Below, piece after piece: positions 1 to 10,056 of a DNA stretch of 64,000 bases. Source of the stretch: a virus; IMG/VR virus record IMGVR_UViG_3300042549_005585, positions 15,815 to 79,814 of that record, one strand, 5' to 3'. The position numbers were made by a program, and so were the translations under genes. The stretch's first letter is position 1, and each line of letters starts with the position of its first letter. The notes beneath the pieces are model-generated. The model was not told the origin of the DNA. It saw only the letters and a program-made list of their open reading frames with translations, and made no database searches.

Positions 1-307
1 TATTTTGAGGTATAATTACATTACGCCCGTAATCATATACGGTAATTTGTGGCGTAAGCGTGTTTAAATTGTGGGTAAACGTCCAAGTCGATGCTGATGC
101 CGCCTGCGTAAAGGTAGTCGTAGTACCCAAGTTAGGTGCGACTGCTGCATATAAAGCGTATGAGGATGTAAGTGCGTAAGAAGAGCTGCCTTGAAGAGAT
201 CCTGTAAAATTTCCACTAAATGTTGACGCTGAAATGTATGTGTTTACATTAAGCGAATTCAGACTGGCATCCGAGCCAGACACGATGACTTTCTTCCAAT
301 TTGGCAT
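1..307 (-). CDS. Tail fibre/virion appendage protein, N-terminal part (runs off window; not in ORF track)
   Basis: ATG at 307 gives MPNWKKVIVSGSDASLNSLNV...TWTFTHNLN, open to the window edge; N-terminus paralogous to 653..1813. Confidence 0.8.
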   Translation of the reverse strand, partial: MPNWKKVIVSGSDASLNSLNVNTYISASTFSGNFTGSLQGSSSYALTSSYALYAAVAPNLGTTTTFTQAASASTWTFTHNLNTLTPQITVYDYGRNVIIPQN

Positions 308-311
308 GTTC

Positions 312-378
312 TCTAATTACGGTTGGTTACTTAACGACTTGTTAAGCCCACTTCTCCTTGCGGAGACGCATAATCAGA
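312..378 (-). ncRNA. Candidate structured cis-regulatory RNA (three-way junction) in 5' leader
   Basis: 10-bp P1 (TCTGATTATG/CGTAATTAGA), P2 TCTCC-GCAA-GGAGA with GNRA loop, P3 CTTAAC/GTTAAG; ends 4 nt before ATG at 307. Confidence 0.55.
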
Positions 379-422
379 TTCTATCACTAGAAACTAATTA
401 AAATGGCTAGTTATAAATATGA

Positions 423-662
423 TTAGGGCGTACGTTCAGAAATCTCGTTATACATTGTCTGTAATTTATTCACGAGGTTGTACACGGATTCAATGGTGTC
501 GCCCTTGAATGTTGATTGGCGTACCATCATTAACAATAACTTAATTTCATCTGACGTGAATGGAGTAGTAGTAGAAGGAGCCTCTGTAGGTACAGAAGCT
601 CCTCTATTAATAACGTTCTTTAAATTGATCATAACAGTTTTAAAAATATTAATTAAGCCCAA
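423..662 (-). CDS. Small hypothetical protein (possible fibre assembly chaperone)
   Basis: ORF in strand context between two fibre-like genes; true start may be slightly downstream. Confidence 0.55.
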   Translation of the reverse strand: MGLINIFKTVMINLKNVINRGASVPTEAPSTTTPFTSDEIKLLLMMVRQSTFKGDTIESVYNLVNKLQTMYNEISERTP

Positions 663-1813
663 ATGTATATATCTGATGTTGATGTATTAACCCACATATT
701 ACCAATACCATTTGTTGTACTACCCCATGTTGGTGGAGTTGCGTCTGATGGATCAGCAGATGTAAATTTAGTTGTGTTCATATATTCATCTGCAACAACT
801 GATGAAGCAGAAGCATGAACATCATAAGCAACAGCAAAACGACCATATGCTCCAGCAGTAGCTGATTCTACAAAGAATGCAGATCCTGAAATACCACCAC
901 CTCCAGTTGAAGAGGCAATAATAATACCACCATCAGTCAATGAAGTAGAACCAGAAGCAAACACCGCGAATCTATCAGCAATTAATAAGTTTTGAGTATT
1001 ATTAAAGCTAGCTGTACCTGCAACTGTTAAGTCACCTGTAACAGTTAAATTACTATTAACAGTAACTGGAATACCTGAACCTATTGAAACAGCACTGCCG
1101 TTATCTGTAATATTTGAATTTACTAATTGTCCATTACTACTATCCCATTTAGTTACAATGTTGTTTGTTAATGAACTTGCATTCTTTAATTCTACAGTTT
1201 GAGCTGTTGAACCATCAAATGTGAAAGTAGTAATACCAGTACCTTGAGTTAATGATGCTTTTGTAGTATCTGCAATACCAGCTCTTTCTGAACGAGAAGC
1301 ACTAGTTGCAAATGAAGCACTTAGTGAATATACAGCGGAAGAAGCAGTTAAAGCATATGATGCTGAAGTAGCATTAGTAGCAACACCAGTTAATGATCCA
1401 CTAAATGAACCAGTAACACCAGCAAATGTAACTTGAGCGTCAGTTTTAATACTTTGAGCTAAGTCAATGCTTACTGTATTGTTTGCAACACTAACATACA
1501 AACCTTCTAAAGTTGAACCAGAAATAACTAAGGCTTCATTTCTAAGATTAATTACGTCATTGCTATCACCACCACCAATAGCATTAGATGCTGAAATGGC
1601 TAAAGATGAAGCTATACCTGTTAATCCTGTACCATCACCAGTAAATGAACCAGTAAACGAACCAGTTAATTTAGTAGATGCTTGAGCACTTGTTATGATT
1701 TGGTTAGTACTAACTAGTAACGAACCCGTTACGCTTACGTTAGCATCTACCTGTAGTGATTGAAGTTGGGCGGCCGAGCCTGAGACTACGACCTTTTTCC
1801 ATGTTGCTGCCAT
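653..1813 (-). CDS. Ser/Thr/Gly-rich tail fibre-like virion protein
   Basis: WKKVVVSGS N-terminus, TGSFTGSF and ATSAS repeats, GDLTVAGT beta-repeat. Confidence 0.7.
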   Translation of the reverse strand: MAATWKKVVVSGSAAQLQSLQVDANVSVTGSLLVSTNQIITSAQASTKLTGSFTGSFTGDGTGLTGIASSLAISASNAIGGGDSNDVINLRNEALVISGSTLEGLYVSVANNTVSIDLAQSIKTDAQVTFAGVTGSFSGSLTGVATNATSASYALTASSAVYSLSASFATSASRSERAGIADTTKASLTQGTGITTFTFDGSTAQTVELKNASSLTNNIVTKWDSSNGQLVNSNITDNGSAVSIGSGIPVTVNSNLTVTGDLTVAGTASFNNTQNLLIADRFAVFASGSTSLTDGGIIIASSTGGGGISGSAFFVESATAGAYGRFAVAYDVHASASSVVADEYMNTTKFTSADPSDATPPTWGSTTNGIGNMWVNTSTSDIYIWA

Positions 1814-1855
1814 GTTCTAATTTTAATTTTGTGTTGTGCAATGATAAATATGATA

Positions 1856-2302
1856 TTATTCTAGACCAACATAAAAGTTAGATGCGGAATATATCAATCC
1901 CCCACTATACGCTTGTGGCGTTGTGAGTTGGTCTCGTAACACAATCGTACCACTACTATTAATCTTGAACAATGTCTCGTTTGAGGTGCGATTTTTTATA
2001 ATGAAGAAATCATCAACTGTACTTTCCATTGATAACACTACACCTTGGTTTTGCACAAATGCAAATGAACCATTAGTATTAGTTATGGATAGACTACCTG
2101 TTAATGATACTGTATCGTTTCTATATGTTAATGCTTGTGAACCAGTGGCGTTACCTGATCCATCTAATGTGACAATAGCATATGGTGAATTAATAGATAG
2201 AGCAGAAGCAGTTACATTGGCAAATATACCATTAAAACTACCACTAAAACTACCCGTTAAATGGACGGGGTTCTCTATCTGTTCACTTCTTATTAATGCC
2301 AT
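1856..2302 (-). CDS. Virion structural protein (fibre-associated)
   Basis: TGSFSGSF motifs; located in the neck/fibre cluster. Confidence 0.55.
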   Translation of the reverse strand: MALIRSEQIENPVHLTGSFSGSFNGIFANVTASALSINSPYAIVTLDGSGNATGSQALTYRNDTVSLTGSLSITNTNGSFAFVQNQGVVLSMESTVDDFFIIKNRTSNETLFKINSSGTIVLRDQLTTPQAYSGGLIYSASNFYVGLE

Positions 2303-3534
2303 TATGACGAGAATTTACCTATTAATGTTATAATATCTGTTGATTTCAATGTGTATCCTAATATTGTAGTGTTAAATGTTACTGTTACAGGACCATCAGT
2401 TATACTTGTTACTGAACCAGCAGGAGCAAATTGACCGTTTACAAATACTGTAAAGTTAGTAGCTGATGTAGTTGGTAAACTTGGTGGGGCCGGAGCAAAA
2501 CTTCTACCTGTAAATACGGCTGTATTGGTTGTTATTATATCAGCATCATGTTGAATATTAGTATTCAAGTAATCTATAGTTGATTGATCCACACCTGATG
2601 TTTGAGTAATAAGTACATTTGTAGCTCCACCTGAAGTAATGTTTACTGTTGGTGGTGCGGAACTTCCTAGTCCACTTAATACAGTTTCACCGTTAATAAT
2701 TACTTTAGTAACACTATAAGCTAAGTCTGAGTTTGCTTTGTATCTGTTTATAGTGTCAGGTACTAAGTAACCACTTAAAATAATATCAAAATTAGTTTTA
2801 ACTGCCCTATCATTATCATTAACAACTTCAGTTACTGTATTGAATGAGTTAATTCTAGCTCTAAAATTAAATTTATTAGGATCACCCCAATATGAGTCAG
2901 AAGCAAATTCAATTGCTTCAACTATCTTATTCATTTGTTCTACAAAATCTGTGAATACAACACAGTTGTAGGTGATAGTAACGTAGTCAGGTATTACACC
3001 TACTACAAATTCTTTTTCAGGTAATTGTCCTCTCAACACACTAAAATTATCATATATGTTTCTTTTAGTATATCTCTTTTCAAACAATTGAACGTTATGA
3101 ACAATATTACCGTCTAATTTGTTTCCTAGTTCTCTATTCTTCTCAATAGTATTTCTCTTATACATGATAAGAGGTACCATTCCTTTTCCGTCTTTGTCTC
3201 TGTAATAACCATCTGCTTGAACTGATTTCCAACGTTCAGGTGAGCCATAAATTACAGGTACATGTATTTGAGAGCCATTGTTATAAACAGTTGGCTTAAT
3301 AACATTATCAAAATAATATTTAATAGTCTCATCATTATCCTCTAAACTAATAGAAAACTTTTTAGTGTCTTCATTTTTATGAGACATTTGTAATGCTCTA
3401 TTAATTTCAGGAGCGCCAGGTACAAGAGGTTCACTCTCAATTTGGTTAGGATTACCTATGTTTTGATCATAGGGCATAACCAAAGTATCGAGAAATTCTC
3501 TTCTATTCTGTGGGCGTGGTTTATAGTTAGACAT
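2302..3534 (-). CDS. Tail terminator/sheath stabiliser, T4 gp15-like, with C-terminal extension
   Basis: VPVIYGSPERW motif; follows gp13/gp14-like genes. Confidence 0.65.
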   Translation of the reverse strand: MSNYKPRPQNRREFLDTLVMPYDQNIGNPNQIESEPLVPGAPEINRALQMSHKNEDTKKFSISLEDNDETIKYYFDNVIKPTVYNNGSQIHVPVIYGSPERWKSVQADGYYRDKDGKGMVPLIMYKRNTIEKNRELGNKLDGNIVHNVQLFEKRYTKRNIYDNFSVLRGQLPEKEFVVGVIPDYVTITYNCVVFTDFVEQMNKIVEAIEFASDSYWGDPNKFNFRARINSFNTVTEVVNDNDRAVKTNFDIILSGYLVPDTINRYKANSDLAYSVTKVIINGETVLSGLGSSAPPTVNITSGGATNVLITQTSGVDQSTIDYLNTNIQHDADIITTNTAVFTGRSFAPAPPSLPTTSATNFTVFVNGQFAPAGSVTSITDGPVTVTFNTTILGYTLKSTDIITLIGKFSS

Positions 3535-4025
3535 TAAATTCTTTGTTTAGTTATACCTAATTTTTCTGCACGTGTGTAATGGGTAGAGCAAATAATAGAC
3601 CAACTAGAACCAAAATTTTCTAATCCTTCTGAGTAAGCATAATCATTATCTTTACCTAGAATAAGTTGGTTTTGGTTTACTTCATCTACTTCATAATACA
3701 ACTCATTATACATTATAACATCACCTATTTCAGGTACAACGTTTGCGTTTATTAAATCATTTTTTAAAAAACGATACTTTACTGCTCGATCTATATCTTG
3801 ACCAAAATCATCTGATGATGAATTAAAGTCTCCTCTTTCAATAAGACAAGACATTAGTACTGGACCTAGATACATTTTTTCAGTTGACTCACCATATAAA
3901 TTAGCAGGTACATCATTTAAAATTATCTTATAATAACCTATCTCTTGAGATATTACGTCATGTAGTAACTCATTATTTACAGATAAGAATAGATTTATGT
4001 CTCTCGACCTTCCAAACATTGCCAT
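3534..4025 (-). CDS. Neck/head-closure protein, T4 gp14-like
   Basis: NLYGES and PEIGDVI motifs; synteny. Confidence 0.6.
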   Translation of the reverse strand: MAMFGRSRDINLFLSVNNELLHDVISQEIGYYKIILNDVPANLYGESTEKMYLGPVLMSCLIERGDFNSSSDDFGQDIDRAVKYRFLKNDLINANVVPEIGDVIMYNELYYEVDEVNQNQLILGKDNDYAYSEGLENFGSSWSIICSTHYTRAEKLGITKQRI

Positions 4026-4027
4026 AA

Positions 4028-5188
4028 TTAACCTATAAAGATTGGTAAAGGAACATTTTCAAAAGTAGACTTCATAGCAACATTTTCGGCTTGTCTACGT
4101 TCAAGTTGTTTTTGTCTTGTCGCTTCATCTAAATCACCTCTTAATTTCTCTAACAATGCTATTTTTTCTGTTCTAGCATCTGTTAACAAATCAGATTGGT
4201 TTAAAGTAGTTTCAGCGCCAGGAATAGGAACTGTAGTGTACTTACCTCTAATATATCCTAATAATTCTTTAGCTAATGCTAATGTATATAAGAAGATCCA
4301 TTGTCTACCTGGAGCGTTAATTTGCTGATAAGTAGGATTATTAAATGGAACATTACTTATATTAGTAACCATATTAGAACCACTATAAGGCGCTTTAGCA
4401 GGTGCTCCTCGTTCCATACGAGAAATATATTTAAAGATCATTTTTCCTGGTCTATCTGTAGGTACAGGGAATACTTCTAATTTATTATTAACAATGTTAA
4501 ATGAGAAAGCACTCTTTCTAACCTGATCATTCAATTCAATTGCTTGTATTTTTTGAATATCCCAATATATAGGCATCATCATAAAGTTAATACCTGGGGA
4601 ATAAGAACCAAACCCAAATGTATCTAATAATGATTGCACACCTGTACCTGTACCAGCATATGGGTCAAAATATCTTACAATAGCAGGTGGTGCTTGGTAA
4701 AATACTTCTTTAACTTCTATTGTATCGCCTGGTTGTAATGATGCTGATTGTTGAGCCCATACATCTAGGTCATATATTTGTTTTCCATTTTCTAAGTCAA
4801 GAGATCCAGTATGGTAATCTACAAATCCACCAACACCTGCTTCAGTACCATAATCTTCAGCAATTCTAATCATGTTACCAAGATTAGGTGAAATTACAGT
4901 ATTGTTTAATGCTGATCCAGTAGGTGTAGCTTCAAGTGATAAAAAGTTATCACGTATTTTGAACAAGTAAACCTCGTTACCGTATGTTGTTACTGCTTCT
5001 TCGAAGCAAGCGTAGAATGAGCCAGATTGTAATTCAACATCCATTAATGGGTAACCCAAACGAGCTGCACAAAATTTTGATACTTTGTCAGCGTCCGCAG
5101 CGAATGCAGGATCTGTATCGTAAAATCCGAATGGTGTTGAGCCGCTATTAAATGTTGATGAACCGTCCCAAATTGCTATATTGGCCAT
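4028..5188 (-). CDS. Neck/head-tail adaptor protein, T4 gp13-like
   Basis: RLGYPLMDVEL, YTLALAKELLG..RGKY..PG..TLN motifs. Confidence 0.7.
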   Translation of the reverse strand: MANIAIWDGSSTFNSGSTPFGFYDTDPAFAADADKVSKFCAARLGYPLMDVELQSGSFYACFEEAVTTYGNEVYLFKIRDNFLSLEATPTGSALNNTVISPNLGNMIRIAEDYGTEAGVGGFVDYHTGSLDLENGKQIYDLDVWAQQSASLQPGDTIEVKEVFYQAPPAIVRYFDPYAGTGTGVQSLLDTFGFGSYSPGINFMMMPIYWDIQKIQAIELNDQVRKSAFSFNIVNNKLEVFPVPTDRPGKMIFKYISRMERGAPAKAPYSGSNMVTNISNVPFNNPTYQQINAPGRQWIFLYTLALAKELLGYIRGKYTTVPIPGAETTLNQSDLLTDARTEKIALLEKLRGDLDEATRQKQLERRQAENVAMKSTFENVPLPIFIG

Positions 5189-5222
5189 AGTTAGTTATTT
5201 CCAATATAAATATACTTATTAG

Positions 5223-5891
5223 TTATTTCCCATATTCATATTCTAGTATCTTACCTACTAGGTCAGAGCGGTGATTTTCCTTGAGTTTAATCCACTTAAT
5301 CTCGTCAATTTTCTTGGATAATTCAATAGCATACGATAGTCCGTTCATCTCACCTGTCGACGTTTTAATGTCGGTTTGCTCATTGTCTCCATTGATTACA
5401 ATCTTACCATTTTTACCTAAACGTGTTAGTATGGCTAGCATTTCACCCTTAGTTAGGTTTTGTGCTTCCTCAACAATTAATATATCATCAACTGTTTTAC
5501 CACGAATAAATTGTACTGGTATTGCTTTGATTTTCTCGTCTTGAAGTAATTTGGGTACTTCGTTTTTATCAGCGCAGCATTTAGTTAAGTTTTCAACTAA
5601 TGCCTCCATGTATGGGTCAAATTTTTCATTTAAAGCACCAGGTAAGAAACCTAAGCTTCTACCAACCTCAATGGCTGCTCTAGTATTGTAAATGCAATTG
5701 ATTTGTTTTTTCTTAAGAAAATCTAACGCGGCTTGAGCACATACTAATGATTTACCACTTCCTGCTCTACCTGTCACTATAACAACTTGATTTTCTACTA
5801 TTAAACGTTTTGCTTCTTTCTGCTCTTCATTTAACTGCAAAACATTAATTGACTTGATTTCACTTTTTCTCTCGCGATTAGGTTCTCTCAT
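5223..5891 (-). CDS. phoH: PhoH-family ATPase
   Basis: GRAGSGKS Walker A, LGFLPG, RGKT, EEAQN, LTRLG, GD..Q.D, HRS motifs. Confidence 0.92.
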   Translation of the reverse strand: MREPNRERKSEIKSINVLQLNEEQKEAKRLIVENQVVIVTGRAGSGKSLVCAQAALDFLKKKQINCIYNTRAAIEVGRSLGFLPGALNEKFDPYMEALVENLTKCCADKNEVPKLLQDEKIKAIPVQFIRGKTVDDILIVEEAQNLTKGEMLAILTRLGKNGKIVINGDNEQTDIKTSTGEMNGLSYAIELSKKIDEIKWIKLKENHRSDLVGKILEYEYGK

Positions 5892-5922
5892 GTATAACGA
5901 TTTGTTCGATATAAATATGAAT

Positions 5923-5951
5923 AAAAAACCCTACATTTCTGTAGGGCTTTT
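5923..5951. terminator. Intrinsic terminator hairpin, probably bidirectional
   Basis: aaaaaaCCCTACA-tttc-TGTAGGGctttt, with A/T tracts on both sides. Confidence 0.7.
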
Positions 5952-5954
5952 AGT

Positions 5955-6062
5955 TTATTTTTTAAACTTAGAAACTAAATTTTTGATGTGTGGGCCTACC
6001 ACTACACCAACTACTACACCTAACAAAAAATGCCAATGTAGAATGAATGCTAATTGCTCCAT
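5955..6062 (-). CDS. 35-aa single-pass membrane peptide (not in ORF track)
   Basis: MEQLAFILHWHFLLGVVVGVVVGPHIKNLVSKFKK; late-promoter motif at 6117-6125 upstream and terminator downstream. Confidence 0.65.
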   Translation of the reverse strand: MEQLAFILHWHFLLGVVVGVVVGPHIKNLVSKFKK

Positions 6063-6124
6063 GTTTTAATGGGTTTTGAGTGAAAAAATGCAAAACGCGC
6101 ATTAGTTGGTACCATGGATAAATA

Positions 6125-6763
6125 TTAACCTACTCTATTAGCTGTCACTATTAATGACGGTACGGCTGGCCCATAAGTAGGTGAGGCATTATATTGTATT
6201 CGAGCATCAGAAGCAGCAGATGCCCACATTAATTGAATAAAATCATTAGCATTAACATTAACAAACCAGTTCCAAGCAGCTACAGTTTTAGCATTACTAC
6301 CTCCTAATACAGTCACAGCTGTATTACTAATAGGAACATCACTGTTATTTTGTTTTATCCAAATATAAATAATAAAATCAGATCCAGCTGATGTTTTGTC
6401 TAATTGAGCTGAAAATTGAATATCATAAATTCCTGCATTAGTAAACTTAATTTTATCATTAATAGAACCAGAAATAATAACACCTTGAGAAATATCTGTT
6501 GTACTTAAAGACATTGTATTAGCAGTTCCTGGTGCTGGGTTAAGCATTGAAGCTGTATGTAAAAATGAACCATAATAATTAGTCACACCAAAAGATCCAG
6601 TTTGACTAGGTAATATAACTGAATTTGATATTTGGTTAAATACAGTATTACCAACTGCTTGTACAGTTGTTTTTTTAGTTATGCCACCATTAACAATAGC
6701 AAATACATCTGTTGAGGTTGGAGTGACTAGGGATGGTAGTCCGGATATTGGTAAATCTGGCAT
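6125..6763 (-). CDS. Virion decoration/fibre-like protein
   Basis: PISGLP N-terminal segment and beta-rich C-terminal domain (AGIYDIQFSAQL); downstream of the capsid gene. Confidence 0.55.
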   Translation of the reverse strand: MPDLPISGLPSLVTPTSTDVFAIVNGGITKKTTVQAVGNTVFNQISNSVILPSQTGSFGVTNYYGSFLHTASMLNPAPGTANTMSLSTTDISQGVIISGSINDKIKFTNAGIYDIQFSAQLDKTSAGSDFIIYIWIKQNNSDVPISNTAVTVLGGSNAKTVAAWNWFVNVNANDFIQLMWASAASDARIQYNASPTYGPAVPSLIVTANRVG

Positions 6764-6767
6764 ATTG

Positions 6768-7031
6768 TTATTCTTCTATAGTTATGTAAATTTTAGATCC
6801 ATCTTCTTGTAGTATATAATATAAGTCCTCTTGTTGAAGAAACCCACTAGTTATTATACGTTTTGGAGCTGGTCCTTTAGGTTGGGAATTATACCAGTTT
6901 TGGTAGTGTAAATTACTTAGTTGATCAAGATAAGCATTATAACGCTTCACCTGTTCTTGTAACGGTAATTTATTAATATGCGGTTGTTGTTTAAACAACG
7001 GCCATGGCATTTCATCTACAATCAAACTCAT
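6768..7031 (-). CDS. Hypothetical virion-associated protein
   Basis: C-terminal LQQED..ILQEDG repeat; start moved to 7031, downstream of the promoter motif at 7036-7044. Confidence 0.55.
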   Translation of the reverse strand: MSLIVDEMPWPLFKQQPHINKLPLQEQVKRYNAYLDQLSNLHYQNWYNSQPKGPAPKRIITSGFLQQEDLYYILQEDGSKIYITIEE

Positions 7032-7047
7032 ATAATATAAATATGAC

Positions 7048-7080
7048 AAAAAGAGACCCGAGCTTACAGGCTCGGGTCTC
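7048..7080 (-). terminator. Intrinsic terminator after the major capsid gene
   Basis: 11-bp stem GAGACCCGAGC/GCTCGGGTCTC followed by T-run on the minus strand. Confidence 0.85.
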
Positions 7081-7106
7081 AGGTATCTAAACTAGACGGT
7101 TAAATA

Positions 7107-8759
7107 CTAGATAGTGTTTAAGTCTAATACATAGATCTTACCATAGAATTCAGGACGAACCATCTTCTTAGCGTAACGAGTCATGATACCTTTACGTGGA
7201 GTGAAGGTATTTGGATCGTACACTAATGGAGTCATGATCAATGGAATGTATGGAGCGTAAACGGCACCTGATTCTAAGAATTGGTTACCACGGAAGCCCA
7301 TTAAGATAACGTTTTCAGTCATATAAGGATTCTTATAAACTTTGTAACGGCTATTTAATTGACCTACTTTTTGTACTCCAAACGCATACTTCATAGTATC
7401 TGCTGCACCATCTGTATCAGCTGCGAATCCTGGGATTGATTCTAAAACAGTAGCTACTGAAGGAGAAGTAACTAAGAAGTTAGCACCACCACGTAATGTT
7501 CTTTGGTGGATTGTGTTAGAGATCTTTTGCATTTTAGTTCCTAAAGTTTGGAACCAACCACCTTGTGTGTTGTAGTATCCACCAGCAGCAACTGAACTAT
7601 CAACATAAGTGATAGCACCGTTAGCAGCAACAGTTACGAATCTGTTAGACTGTGCAGACCATGCTTCAACAGTTGGAGCTGCTTCAACTAACATATCTAA
7701 GATTTCCAAATCAATCTCTAAAGAGATGTATTCAGATAAGATAGAAGTTAATTCAGCTTCAGCGTCTAATGAATGGTAAGCGTTCAAGTCTTGTGCAAAT
7801 TCTGGAGTCCATTGTGCTTTTAACTTACGAGTTTTAGCAGCAATAGTCTCAGAACGTAACTGAACGTTAATTTCTGGAATAGAAATTGTAGTTGCAGATT
7901 GAGCGTTTGGAACAGCGTATGTAGAACCATCTTCGAAATCACCACGAGCGTTAAAATCAGTTTGCTTATTATAGAAAACTGTTGTAGCTAATGGAGAAGT
8001 GAATGGATTCAAACCAGAAGAAGCAGTAACGAAGAATTCGATATTGCTGCCGTTGATCTTAGTGAACTGAGGTAAAACTTGCTCAGGAGCAATATTACTA
8101 GTAGCTGAGATAACAAATGCACCTACACCTAAAGTATCGTAGTTAGGGATGTTAGAAACAGCAACAACTACTTTCTTAATACCACCTGCTACTTGAGAAG
8201 CAGAGAAGTTAGCATCACCTTGGATATCAGCGAAAGAAGCTGAAGTTACAGCTGAAGCTGTAGCTAAAGATACTACTGAAGATGTTTGGTTCATTGTGTA
8301 ACCATAACGGCCAGCACCATATAAACCACCAGAAGCGAAGTTACCAAAGTTTGTAGATGTAGCACCATATAAAGAATTACCATCTTTGAAAGGATTCTTG
8401 TTAGTTCCATATTGGAAATCTAAGAAGAATACTAAACCAGCTGGTAAGCTCATTGGTTGTACAGAAACGAACTCTTTAGAAGCGATTTGACCAAATACTT
8501 TACGTACTAAAGGTAAGGCAACGCCAGCCCATTGTTCACCAGTCCCTGGAGTGAATGTACCACCTGTACCAGTTTGAGAAGACTCAACAACTAATTGCTT
8601 AGCTTGATTCTCCAACAACATAGCCATAGTAGTTCTGTCTTGTTCGCCAAGACCTTCCAAAAGACCTGATTTTGCCCATTTGCTAGCTAATTTGCTTGCA
8701 TCAGATTGAACTGACTGCCATGGGTTAGCAGATTCGATTAAAGATTGAACAGTACTCAT
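7107..8759 (-). CDS. Major capsid protein, T4 gp23-like
   Basis: VQPMSLPAGLVF, TRKLKAQWTPEFAQDL, YAPYIPL, GIMTRY motifs. Confidence 0.95.
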   Translation of the reverse strand: MSTVQSLIESANPWQSVQSDASKLASKWAKSGLLEGLGEQDRTTMAMLLENQAKQLVVESSQTGTGGTFTPGTGEQWAGVALPLVRKVFGQIASKEFVSVQPMSLPAGLVFFLDFQYGTNKNPFKDGNSLYGATSTNFGNFASGGLYGAGRYGYTMNQTSSVVSLATASAVTSASFADIQGDANFSASQVAGGIKKVVVAVSNIPNYDTLGVGAFVISATSNIAPEQVLPQFTKINGSNIEFFVTASSGLNPFTSPLATTVFYNKQTDFNARGDFEDGSTYAVPNAQSATTISIPEINVQLRSETIAAKTRKLKAQWTPEFAQDLNAYHSLDAEAELTSILSEYISLEIDLEILDMLVEAAPTVEAWSAQSNRFVTVAANGAITYVDSSVAAGGYYNTQGGWFQTLGTKMQKISNTIHQRTLRGGANFLVTSPSVATVLESIPGFAADTDGAADTMKYAFGVQKVGQLNSRYKVYKNPYMTENVILMGFRGNQFLESGAVYAPYIPLIMTPLVYDPNTFTPRKGIMTRYAKKMVRPEFYGKIYVLDLNTI

Positions 8760-8779
8760 TTGTTAATGAAAATTTAAAT

Positions 8780-9925
8780 TTATTTAATAATACCCGCTAA
8801 TTTTTGTAAGCGGTTAATAACAGCATCGCTTTCTACAATTGTTTGCTTAGGAGCATTTCCAACTGCTTTAGAAGCGAAACCAATAGATTCTTTCAATGAA
8901 GACTTCTTAGTCTCACTTACAGATTCTTTTAATGTTGCGTAAATGTTTTTAACCTCATTGATTGTAGTTGCACGATCAAATGCGTTAATAACTTTTACTT
9001 TTTGTGATTCAGCTAATGACTTAGCTTTGAAAATCTTATTAACGTAAAGTAATTTAGCGTTTAATAAGTTCACTTCGTTAATTGATTCTTTCAATGTTTT
9101 GATAACACTGATAGCTTCTTTTAACTCTTTTTCAGCTTTTTCTGCTTTCTTTTCTGCCTTAGCAGCTTTTTCTTCAGCAGCTTTTTCCTTAGCTTTTTCA
9201 GCTTTGGTTTTTTCTTTTTTAGCTTCGTAAAGGTCATCATTAGATTCTTCATCTAATTCAGATAACATTTCGTCGATGTCGGTAATTTCTGTGTCAGAAG
9301 TTTCCATGTCAGTTGGTTCCATATCAGGAGCTTCAGATCCACTTTGTCCCATTAACTCAGCTACAACATCATGAATGATGTCTCTTAACTCGTCAACAGT
9401 TAACTCAGTGATTTCTTCGTCACCTTCTTCTTCACCTTCTTCTTCTTCTTCTTCCTCTTTCAATTCGTCATCTTTAGCTTCTTCCATGGTATCATCTTCT
9501 TCTGCTGCTTCCATCATAGAATCATCATCAGATTTTGCTTCTTCCATGTCAGCGCCTTTGTCTTCTCCCTCTAAAGCTTCAAGTTCAGCTAAGATTTCGT
9601 CTAAAGATTCTTCCATATCGTAAGTTTCGTCCATTTGGTCGTCACCTTCTTTAAGTTTGTCGTCTTCATCCTTATCAGCTGTTTCTTGCATTTCTTCTTT
9701 GTTAGAAGCAGGCTTCTTAATGCGATACTCTTCGATTCCTTCTTCCATCTCATCTTTAACTTCGTCTAATTCTTCCTCAACTTCTTCAGAAAGTTTTAAC
9801 GAAATCATTTCTTTGATTCGTGGAGCAAAGGTTTCTTCAAGAGCGGCTTTTGCATTAGCTAACGCGGCTTCGCGTACAGCTTTAGCATCAGCGATCGCTT
9901 GTGCGAACAATGCTTGATTTGACAT
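8780..9925 (-). CDS. Prohead scaffold/core protein
   Basis: Acidic coiled-coil protein between protease and capsid genes; many L/I-x-E sites. Confidence 0.8.
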   Translation of the reverse strand: MSNQALFAQAIADAKAVREAALANAKAALEETFAPRIKEMISLKLSEEVEEELDEVKDEMEEGIEEYRIKKPASNKEEMQETADKDEDDKLKEGDDQMDETYDMEESLDEILAELEALEGEDKGADMEEAKSDDDSMMEAAEEDDTMEEAKDDELKEEEEEEEGEEEGDEEITELTVDELRDIIHDVVAELMGQSGSEAPDMEPTDMETSDTEITDIDEMLSELDEESNDDLYEAKKEKTKAEKAKEKAAEEKAAKAEKKAEKAEKELKEAISVIKTLKESINEVNLLNAKLLYVNKIFKAKSLAESQKVKVINAFDRATTINEVKNIYATLKESVSETKKSSLKESIGFASKAVGNAPKQTIVESDAVINRLQKLAGIIK

Positions 9926-10056
9926 AATAAAATTTTTGTCGGGGATTGTCTATTTAATTTGAGACAATATAAGGGTATGTAATTAAAACGATAGGATATT
10001 AGAGATCCTATATGGGTATCAATAAATATATGTAGATATGTCTAAGCGATAAAGTC

